64,000 nt of DNA from an uncultured Isosphaeraceae bacterium (GTDB lineage: Bacteria; Planctomycetota; Phycisphaerae; Phycisphaerales; SM1A02), in contig CAZJIB010000011.1 of NCBI GenBank assembly GCA_964546085.1, forward strand, positions 2,313 through 66,312, written 5' to 3'. The notes under the pieces were generated by a model. The model did not search any database, had not been told where the DNA came from, and worked only from the letters and a program-made list of their open reading frames with translations. The translations under genes were made by a program, and so were the position numbers. Shown here in pieces: positions 54,575 through 61,878 of the stretch. Position 1 is the first letter of the stretch. Every line of letters begins with the position of its first letter.

Positions 54575-56817
54575 CAGGGAAGTTCCGCAAGATCATCCGG
54601 CGAGAGTATCTCAAGTTTGGCGTACTCAAGAACCAGGTGTTTGGTGCCGCCTTGGAATTCCACCGCAACCGTCGATCCTCGCGCCCGCCGCAGCACGCGG
54701 AGCACTCTGCCGATTCCGAACCGACCGTGTCGAACAATGGATCCGACGGTCAATTCGCCGGCGGGTGGATCCTCGAAGTGTGTCGCATCGATGAAGTCGG
54801 TCTCCGCTCCCTTCCGGGGACGGGGGCGGGGTCCTTCGTGAAGCACGCAATCATCAGGAAGTTCCTGGAGAAAGCGGCTCGGCATGGATCGTTCCCGCAT
54901 GCCTCGCTGTGTTCTTGAGCGAGCGCTGGTCAGCAGCAGGTGGCGGCGTGCCCGGGTCATGCCGACAAAGCAAAGTCGCCGTTCCTCCTCCATCTGATCG
55001 TCATCACCAATGGCCCGGCCGTGGGGAAACAGCCCCTCCTCCAAGCCCGCCATTGCGACGGCGTCGAACTCCAGCCCCTTTGATGCGTGGAGCGTCATCA
55101 GTGTCACCGCGCCCTTCTTTGGGTCGATGGCGTCTGCGTCGCTGACAAGTGCAACATTCTCCAGAAACTCGTGCAGGAGTTCCAACGGAATCGGTGGCGC
55201 TTCTCGATCCGTGTCGGTACGTTGCTCGAACTCCGCTGCGGCCGAGACGAGTTCCTCCAGATTCTGCAGCCTCTCAAGATCTTCCTCGCTGCGGGAGACT
55301 TCATACATCGCCTCAAGTCCGGATTCCCGAACGACCCGCTCGACCAGATCCGCCAGTGAAGCGGCGGCAGTCGGGCTCTCATCGCTCTGTGCGTCGCGTC
55401 GCCAAGCACCGATCATCACAGCAAATCGTTCCAGCGCCCCCCCCGCTCTGGCCGTAATCCCCTGCCTGCACTCGGAACTGGCAGCAGCGGCGAGCATGCA
55501 ACAGCCGGCTGAGGCGGCCGCTGCTTCAAGCCGCGAGAGGCTCGTTGTGCCAATTCCCCTCGTCGGCGTATTGACAGCGCGCCGAAATGCAACATCATCT
55601 CTGCCGTTGGCCAGGAGCCGCAGATAGGCAAGCGCGTCGCGAACTTCCCGCCGTTCGTAGAATGCGGTACCCCGCGCGATGACATACGGAATGCCTGCGT
55701 CTCTCATTCCCTCCTCAAGAACGCGGCTGAGTGCATTGATGCGATAGAGCACAGCCATTTCGTTCCATGGAACACCCGCGTCGGCGATGCTCTGAAACCT
55801 CCGGACAATGGTTCCGGCCTCGGCGTATTCATCGGGCACGTTGACGACCTGCGGTTGCGATCCCTCCTCCAACTCGGTGTACAGCCGCTTTCCTTTTCGC
55901 TGCCTGTTGTGTTCGATCAGTCCCGCAGCGGCGGCGACAATGTGGCCGGTGCTGCGAAAGTTGCGACCAAGCGGAACAACCGCAGCGTCGGCGTATTGTT
56001 CCTCAAACTCAAGAATGTTCGAGATGTCGGCGCCTCGCCAGCCGTAGATGGACTGGTCAGGGTCGCCGACGACGCAGATGTTGCGACTTGCGGCGGCGAT
56101 GCGGTCGGCGATGACAAACTGGGCGTGATTCGTGTCCTGATACTCGTCGATCAGAATGTAGCGGTATCGATCCTGCAGGTGCTCCAGCGCCTGTGGGGAT
56201 GATGTCAACAACTTGGCGACATGCAGCAGGAGATCATCGAAGTCGACCGCATCGTTGCGCCGAAGGATCTGTTCGTATGCGCGGTACACCTTGGCAATCG
56301 TCCGGGAGTGAAAATCGGATGCCGCGTCAGCAAACTCTTCCGGGCCGACGAGGCGGTTCTTTGCGGCGCTGATTGCACCAAGCACCGCCGGTGGTCGCCA
56401 GTTGGATTCGCTGAGTTCGGACTCGCGAATCGCAGCCTTGACTGCGTCGCGCTGATCGTTGGTGTCATAGATTGTGAACGAACAAGTTCCGATCACTTCG
56501 TCGCCCCACTCGCGAAGCGTGCGTGCGCAAAAGGAGTGGAATGTCGACATTGTCAGCCCGCGCCTTCCGGGAACATCCGCGTCGATTGTTGCTTCAATGC
56601 GGCGGCGCATTTCATCTGCTGCCTTGTTCGTGAAAGCCAGCGCAAGGATCTGCCATGGTGGAACACCGCGCGCGATGAGATGCGCGATGCGGCTTGTAAC
56701 AACCGTTGTTTTTCCAGAACCAGGTCCGGCCAGCACCAGCAAAGGGCCGTCACCGTGTAAAACGGCCGCAGTCTGGGCCTCCGTCAATCCCTCAAGAACT
56801 GCCTCCATGCCGCTCAT
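54574..56817 (-). CDS. UvrD/PcrA/Rep-family ATP-dependent DNA helicase
   Basis: Helicase motifs LAGPGSGKTTV, FTNKAADEMRRR, ILIDEYQDTN, VGDPDQSIYGWRGA and TLHASKGLEFD. I take the start at the internal ATG 56817 (MSGMEAVLEGL). The stop shares 1 nt with the queG ATG. Confidence 0.85.
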   Translation of the reverse strand: MSGMEAVLEGLTEAQTAAVLHGDGPLLVLAGPGSGKTTVVTSRIAHLIARGVPPWQILALAFTNKAADEMRRRIEATIDADVPGRRGLTMSTFHSFCARTLREWGDEVIGTCSFTIYDTNDQRDAVKAAIRESELSESNWRPPAVLGAISAAKNRLVGPEEFADAASDFHSRTIAKVYRAYEQILRRNDAVDFDDLLLHVAKLLTSSPQALEHLQDRYRYILIDEYQDTNHAQFVIADRIAAASRNICVVGDPDQSIYGWRGADISNILEFEEQYADAAVVPLGRNFRSTGHIVAAAAGLIEHNRQRKGKRLYTELEEGSQPQVVNVPDEYAEAGTIVRRFQSIADAGVPWNEMAVLYRINALSRVLEEGMRDAGIPYVIARGTAFYERREVRDALAYLRLLANGRDDVAFRRAVNTPTRGIGTTSLSRLEAAAASAGCCMLAAAASSECRQGITARAGGALERFAVMIGAWRRDAQSDESPTAAASLADLVERVVRESGLEAMYEVSRSEEDLERLQNLEELVSAAAEFEQRTDTDREAPPIPLELLHEFLENVALVSDADAIDPKKGAVTLMTLHASKGLEFDAVAMAGLEEGLFPHGRAIGDDDQMEEERRLCFVGMTRARRHLLLTSARSRTQRGMRERSMPSRFLQELPDDCVLHEGPRPRPRKGAETDFIDATHFEDPPAGELTVGSIVRHGRFGIGRVLRVLRRARGSTVAVEFQGGTKHLVLEYAKLEILSPDDLAELP

Positions 56818-56946
56818 TTGGGGCAGTGTACCCCCCTTTTCGGCCCCCCCCACCGGAAGTCGCAGGATGGCCGTTGACAGGCTGTCCACGCCGGTTTGAG
56901 CACCTAACTTCCGATCATTTCCCGGGTTAGGGGCAAATGCCGGGGG

Positions 56947-56993
56947 CCACAATATTTCGTGGGTGGGCAAGTTGCAGCCACAAGATGTAGTAG
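56947..56993 (+). promoter_or_regulatory. Tandem NrdR boxes upstream of nrdJ
   Basis: CCACAATATTTCGTGG (56947-56962) and CCACAAGATGTAGTAG (56978-56993) both fit the published acaCwAtATaTwGtgt consensus. Their starts are 31 bp apart, the usual tandem spacing, and they lie ~90-140 nt upstream of the nrdJ ATG. Confidence 0.6.
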
Positions 56994-56999
56994 TACGAT
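56972..56999 (+). promoter_or_regulatory. Possible sigma-70-type promoter of nrdJ
   Basis: TTGCAG (56972-56977), a 16-nt spacer, then TACGAT (56994-56999). The spacer is exactly NrdR box 2. Weak match; inference only. Confidence 0.3.
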
Positions 57000-57084
57000 A
57001 GGCCCCTGAGTGGTGGCAGCACTGGAAGGGCCCCACTGGTGGACTGAAACGAAGACGCAGACTGCAGGGAATCAAAGTGCAACG

Positions 57085-60000
57085 ATGAAGATCAACCGGC
57101 TCTTTTCCGAACGAGTATCTGAAACAGGAAACGATGTTTGGTCCACCGTCGAGTGGACAAAGCGTTCAACGAAGATCACAAACGCGGACGGTTCCGTGGT
57201 CTTCGAAATGAGCGACGCGGAAGTTCCGACGCAGTGGAGTCAGCTGGCCACGGACATCATGGTCAGCAAGTACTTCCGCAAGGCAGGCGTGCCGCAGGTT
57301 GACGAAGACGGCGAAACGTTGCTCGATGACGACGGTCATGTTGTTACCGGCCCGGAACGATCGGCGCGGCAGGTCATTCACAGACTCGCCGGTTGCTGGC
57401 GCAGTTGGGGCGAGTCGCACGACTACTTCGATACGCCGGAGGATGCCGAAGCGTTCTACGACGAAATGGTGTGGATGATGCTTCACCAGGCCGGCGCGCC
57501 CAACAGCCCCCAGTGGTTCAACACCGGATTGAACTGGTCATACGGAATAACGGGACCGGCGCAAGGCCACTTCGTCGCCGATTCCACGACCGGCGAGGTG
57601 AGTCAAGCAAAGGACGCGTACTCCCACCCGCAACCGCATGCATGTTTCATTCAGTCGGTTGACGATGATCTTGTCGGCGACGGTGGCATCATGGATCTCT
57701 GGACGCGAGAGGCTCGGCTCTTCAAGTATGGCTCGGGAACCGGCACGAACTTCTCTTCGCTCCGCGGTTCGGATGAGCCGCTCTCGGGTGGTGGCAAGTC
57801 CAGCGGGTTGATGAGTTTCCTCAAGATCGGGGACCGTGCTGCCGGGGCTATCAAGTCGGGTGGCACGACGCGGCGAGCGGCGAAGATGGTTTGCCTCGAC
57901 GCCGATCACCCGGATATCGAGGCGTTCGTGAACTGGAAGGTTCGCGAGGAGTTGAAGGTCGCCGCGCTTGTTGAGGGCATGAAGCACCTCAGTGACGAAC
58001 AGCGGCAACAGGCCGATGCGCTTGGTCTGTCACTGGACTACGACTTCAACGGCGAGGCTTACCAGACCGTCGCCGGTCAGAATTCCAATAACTCGGTTCG
58101 ACTCTCTCAGAGTTTCCTTGAAGCGGTCGAGCGGGATCGCCCTTGGGATCTCCGCCGCCGGACGGACGGCGAAGTTGCACGCACAATCGACGCGACGCAT
58201 CTGTGGGATCGCATTTGCGAGGCGGCATGGCAATGTGCCGACCCCGGCGTGCAATTCGACACCACGATCAACGACTGGCACACGTGTCCGGCTGACGGCT
58301 GCATCACTGCATCCAACCCATGCAGCGAGTACATGTTCCTTGACGACACGGCGTGCAATCTTGCATCGCTGAATCTGCTTCGCTTCTATGACTCCCGGAC
58401 GCGACGTTTCGACCTGGATAGTTTCGAGCACGCAGTTCGGCTCTGGACAATTGTGCTGGAAATCTCGGTCCTCATGGCGGCCTTTCCCTCTGAGGCAATC
58501 GCAAGACAGAGTTGGCAGTACCGGACACTCGGGCTCGGCTTTGCCAATCTTGGCGCTCTTCTCATGCAGGCGGGCATACCTTACGACAGCGACGAAGGCC
58601 GCGCAATTTGCAGTGTGGTCACCGCGATTCTGACTGGCCGTTCCTATGCCGTCAGCGCTGAGATGGCCGAGGAACTCGGCGCATTCGATCGCTATCCGGA
58701 GAACGCATCGCACATGCTGCGTGTCATCCGCAACCACCGTCGAGCGGCGCACGGCGTTGCCAGAGACAGTGGCGAGTACGAACAGCTCGATATCTCGCCG
58801 GTTCCCATCAACCACGATCTGTTTCTCTCAGGCAACCTCAATATCGACAACGCGGGCGACATGCTTGGCCGTGCCGTGCAGGCCTGGGATGAAGCGATGG
58901 AGATGGGGCAGACGCACGGGTTCCGGAATGCACAGGTGTCCGTCATCGCGCCCACCGGCACGATCGGCCTGCTCATGGATTGCGACACAACAGGCGTCGA
59001 ACCGGACTTTGCGCTGACAAAGTTCAAGAAACTTGCCGGGGGCGGGTACTTCAAGATCGTCAACCAGTCGGTCCGTCCGGCGCTGGCGGCACTGGGCTAC
59101 GACAACGACACGATCAACCGCATTCTCACTTGGGTCATGGGCACGCTTTCACTCGACACACCGCTCCCCCCCACGATGCTCGATGACGGCGATGAGGTCA
59201 TCACCTTCCGTGAATATCTGGCCGGACGGGGATACAGGGCGGAGGATCTCGTTGCGTTGGAGGAATCGCTCCCGACATTCTTCGATCTTCAGTTCGGTTT
59301 CAGTGCATGGTCGCTTCCGGAGCAGATCCTTGAAGAAGGGGGTTTGACGCGGGAAGAAGCCGCGGCCGATTCATCGTTCAACGGACTTCGGTTGCTCGGC
59401 TTGAACGCGGCGCAGATCGAGGAACTCAATTGCGCCATCTGTGGCACCCAGACCATCGAGGGCTCGCCTGGGTTGGAGGAGGCGCACTACGCGGTGTTCG
59501 ATTGTGCCAATCGGTGCGGCAAGACCGGTACACGCTTCATCGCAGCTTCCGGCCACATTCGGATGATGGCAGCCAGCCAGCCGTTTATCACCGGTGCGAT
59601 TTCCAAGACGATCAACCTTCCGAGCGAAGCAACGATCGACGAGATTGCCGATGCCTACCGGCTCAGTTGGAAATTGGGGCTGAAGGCCAACGCGCTGTAC
59701 CGCGACGGCTGCAAGTTGAGCCAACCGCTCAACAGTACGACCGATGCGGTACTGGATGATGATGAAGATGATGTGGAACTCGCCGCGGCGCGCGACGAGG
59801 TGGCAGGCGAAGTGGTGTTGGCTGCGGGCATGGTCAATGACCAGGGCGTTCCGATGCAAGTTGTGGAAAAGGTGGTCGAGCGGATCATCGAACGGCCCAT
59901 GCGGAAGCGTCTGCCCGATACGCGGGACAGCAAGACACACCATTTCAACGTCGCCGGTCACGAAGGCTACCTGACGGTCGGCATGTACCAGGATGGCGCG

Positions 60001-60624
60001 CCGGGCGAGTTGTTCATCACGATGTCCAAGGAAGGGTCGACGATCGGCGGCCTCATGGACAGTCTTGGAACGGCGATCAGCGTGGCGCTTCAGTATGGCG
60101 TACCAATCACAAGCCTCGTCAACAAATTCGCCCACCAGCGATTCGAACCGCAGGGAATCACAACGAACAAGGACATCCCGTTTGCCAAGAGTCTCGTCGA
60201 CTACATCTTCAGATGGATGGGGATGGAATTCGTGGATGGCTACAAGGAAGACAACGCCCCGGCTCGCCCAACGGCGGCGCCGGTCGCAGTCAAGGAGGAC
60301 ACGCGATGGACAGGCGATGGAACAGCGACCGCTTCGGATGGCGTTCGCCCCCCTTCTTCGATCACATCGGATCGAGGAATCGATACCACGGTGAAGACCG
60401 ATGGGCCAACGGAAACAGTGCAGGAGCAATTTGTCATGCAGGCCACTCGCGTCACGGACGGCGATGTGTCCGTGGAGGCGGTTGCGGTGCGGACATCACT
60501 GAGCCAATCGACCGCCACGCTCCAGAGCGATGCGCCGCCCTGCCCTGACTGTGGGCAAATCACCGTTCGAAACGGCACCTGTTACCGGTGTCACAACTGT
60601 GGAGCGTCACTGGGATGCAGTTGA
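57085..60624 (+). CDS. nrdJ: Adenosylcobalamin-dependent (class II) ribonucleotide reductase, long form with a C-terminal zinc ribbon
   Basis: The N-terminus MKINRLFSERVSETGNDVWSTVEWTKRS...QLATDIMVSKYFRKAG is typical of NrdJ. The active-site region is ASNPCSEY. The C-terminus is CPDCGQITVRNGTCYRCHNCG. I take the start at the internal ATG 57085. Confidence 0.9.
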   Translation: MKINRLFSERVSETGNDVWSTVEWTKRSTKITNADGSVVFEMSDAEVPTQWSQLATDIMVSKYFRKAGVPQVDEDGETLLDDDGHVVTGPERSARQVIHRLAGCWRSWGESHDYFDTPEDAEAFYDEMVWMMLHQAGAPNSPQWFNTGLNWSYGITGPAQGHFVADSTTGEVSQAKDAYSHPQPHACFIQSVDDDLVGDGGIMDLWTREARLFKYGSGTGTNFSSLRGSDEPLSGGGKSSGLMSFLKIGDRAAGAIKSGGTTRRAAKMVCLDADHPDIEAFVNWKVREELKVAALVEGMKHLSDEQRQQADALGLSLDYDFNGEAYQTVAGQNSNNSVRLSQSFLEAVERDRPWDLRRRTDGEVARTIDATHLWDRICEAAWQCADPGVQFDTTINDWHTCPADGCITASNPCSEYMFLDDTACNLASLNLLRFYDSRTRRFDLDSFEHAVRLWTIVLEISVLMAAFPSEAIARQSWQYRTLGLGFANLGALLMQAGIPYDSDEGRAICSVVTAILTGRSYAVSAEMAEELGAFDRYPENASHMLRVIRNHRRAAHGVARDSGEYEQLDISPVPINHDLFLSGNLNIDNAGDMLGRAVQAWDEAMEMGQTHGFRNAQVSVIAPTGTIGLLMDCDTTGVEPDFALTKFKKLAGGGYFKIVNQSVRPALAALGYDNDTINRILTWVMGTLSLDTPLPPTMLDDGDEVITFREYLAGRGYRAEDLVALEESLPTFFDLQFGFSAWSLPEQILEEGGLTREEAAADSSFNGLRLLGLNAAQIEELNCAICGTQTIEGSPGLEEAHYAVFDCANRCGKTGTRFIAASGHIRMMAASQPFITGAISKTINLPSEATIDEIADAYRLSWKLGLKANALYRDGCKLSQPLNSTTDAVLDDDEDDVELAAARDEVAGEVVLAAGMVNDQGVPMQVVEKVVERIIERPMRKRLPDTRDSKTHHFNVAGHEGYLTVGMYQDGAPGELFITMSKEGSTIGGLMDSLGTAISVALQYGVPITSLVNKFAHQRFEPQGITTNKDIPFAKSLVDYIFRWMGMEFVDGYKEDNAPARPTAAPVAVKEDTRWTGDGTATASDGVRPPSSITSDRGIDTTVKTDGPTETVQEQFVMQATRVTDGDVSVEAVAVRTSLSQSTATLQSDAPPCPDCGQITVRNGTCYRCHNCGASLGCS

Positions 60625-60905
60625 CGCGACAGATACAACCAAGCCTTATTCCCCGCACGCGGGGATTGGAGATTGATGGAGCGCGGTCACGGATGATCGA
60701 GCATGTCCTGGTCGCAAGAGGATGGAGCCGCTTGCCAGTCGGAGCGATCGATGGATCGACTGCTTCGGCATGCCGGCCAGCCCGGCGCCATGTTCCACGA
60801 TGCCTTCATCGATCTGCTTTTTCGCCTCCGGCTCATGGATGACCGAGGCACCTAGGAAGTCCGCTCACCGTTTCACGGTTGAGCAGCGACTTCTTCTCTT
60901 CCCTC

Positions 60906-60946
60906 CCCCCCGAAGCGGCCCCACCCCGCTTCGGGGGGTCTTTTTT
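60906..60946 (+). terminator. Rho-independent terminator
   Basis: 13-bp stem CCCCCCGAAGCGG (60906-60918) pairs with CCGCTTCGGGGGG (60926-60938), followed by TCTTTTTT. It lies 282 nt after the nrdJ stop and 53 nt before nuoA. Confidence 0.7.
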
Positions 60947-60998
60947 CAGACAGGCTGCTTGTGTGCTGCCGAACAAGTCGTGATATCCTCCGCCCCAC

Positions 60999-61376
60999 AT
61001 GGAACTGAACGCGTACATTCCTGTTCTGCTCATCATTGTGATGGCCGTCATTTTTGCGGTGGTGAACCTGCTCGGTTCCGGGCTGCTGGGTCCTCGTCGC
61101 AAGGGGCCGGTCAAGGACACGATTTATGAGTCGGGCATGGAGCCGATTGGCTCGGCGCACCGCCGTTTCAACATCCGGTTCTTCATTCTGGCGGTGACCT
61201 TTCTGGTGTTCGACATTGAGATCATTTTTCTCTATCCATGGGCGGTCGACTTCACCCAGTTGGAGCCGGGCAGCGCCGAGGCAACCTTGTTTCTCGGCCG
61301 CATCCTTTTCTTCATTGGTACGAGCATCGTGGCGTATGTGTATGCGTGGAAGAAGGGTGTCTTTCGCTGGGACTGA
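60999..61376 (+). CDS. nuoA: NADH-quinone oxidoreductase subunit A
   Basis: 125 aa with 3 TM. The core YESGMEPIGSAHRRFNIRFFILAVTFLVFDIEIIFLYPWA is the conserved NuoA/NdhC block. Confidence 0.85.
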   Translation: MELNAYIPVLLIIVMAVIFAVVNLLGSGLLGPRRKGPVKDTIYESGMEPIGSAHRRFNIRFFILAVTFLVFDIEIIFLYPWAVDFTQLEPGSAEATLFLGRILFFIGTSIVAYVYAWKKGVFRWD

Positions 61377-61387
61377 AGAGTATTTGC

Positions 61388-61666
61388 ATGTGTTGCCTGA
61401 TTGCATTACTTGGATTGATCTCCCCCAGAGTTGCCCTGGTCCTTGTCTGGCTAATCAACCCAAGTTTCATCAATAATGCCTATCCCTCATTCATCGCTCC
61501 CCTCTTGGGCCTCATCTTCCTACCTTTAACCACCCTGGCCTATGCCTTTGCATGCACCCTCGACAACGGTCCTTGGGACAGCGGAGGCATCATCATCATC
61601 ATCATCGGCCTGCTATTTGATATTGGTTGTCTTGGCGTTCGTACTCTACGAAGGTTCTTCGACTGA
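61388..61666 (+). CDS. Small hydrophobic protein (92 aa, ~3 TM), unknown family
   Basis: ATG 61388 gives MCCLIALLGLISPRVALVLVWLI...GGIIIIIIGLLFDIGCLGV. It contains an in-frame (ATC)6 at 61589-61606. By my hand count GC is about 50% and GC3 about 59%, with TTA/CTA Leu codons. Coding status is uncertain. Confidence 0.4.
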   Translation: MCCLIALLGLISPRVALVLVWLINPSFINNAYPSFIAPLLGLIFLPLTTLAYAFACTLDNGPWDSGGIIIIIIGLLFDIGCLGVRTLRRFFD

Positions 61667-61699
61667 TGATGATCCTGTTGGAGTAGAATCCACTCATCG

Positions 61700-61773
61700 C
61701 GGGGTGTAGCTCAGCTTGGCAGAGCGCCTGCTTTGGGAGCAGGAGGCCGCAGGTTCAAATCCTGTCACCCCGA
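61700..61773 (+). tRNA. tRNA-Pro (anticodon UGG)
   Basis: Manual cloverleaf: acceptor CGGGGTG/CACCCCG, D stem GCTC/GAGC, anticodon stem CCTGC/GCAGG with loop TTTGGGA, T stem GCAGG/CCTGT with loop TTCAAAT, discriminator A. No encoded CCA. Confidence 0.9.
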
Positions 61774-61817
61774 TTGACAAGGCGAAGGGGCAAGTGTCCA
61801 GAATTGGGCAGCGGACC

Positions 61818-61857
61818 GAGAAAAGACAACCCCGCAGCCGAAGCAGCCACGGGGTTG
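61818..61857 (-). terminator. Rho-independent terminator of the C25 peptidase gene
   Basis: On the minus strand, CAACCCCG...CGGGGTTG (61857-61850 / 61834-61827) is followed by TCTTTTCTC (61826-61818). It lies 22 nt after the TAA. Confidence 0.55.
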
Positions 61858-61878
61858 ATCGGATTGCGTGAAGTGCGA

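Noticed and set aside
56818-57084. Possible cobalamin riboswitch in the leader of the B12-dependent nrdJ. GCAGCACTGG and CCCCACTGG faintly resemble the GCCACTG element.
   Set aside because: I find no B12-box-like AGGGAA...GGTG..AA..CC core. The likely leader (~80 nt from the candidate promoter) is too short for the ~200-nt aptamer, and B12 riboswitches normally repress B12-independent isozymes. Only cmscan could settle this.
60588-61129. ORFs 60588..60842 (+), 60722..61129 (+) and 60833..61120 (-) in the nrdJ-nuoA spacer.
   Set aside because: They overlap the nrdJ 3' end, run through the strong terminator hairpin or overlap nuoA. Their translations are low-complexity. I treat the spacer as non-coding or a remnant (see finding).
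61388-61878. Integrated mobile element at tRNA-Pro (lower-GC ORF beside a tRNA).
   Set aside because: There is no integrase, no direct repeat of the tRNA 3' end and only ~100 nt between the tRNA and the next gene. The lower GC of the small ORF is partly explained by its hydrophobic (T-rich second position) codons. I kept it only as a low-confidence CDS and finding.
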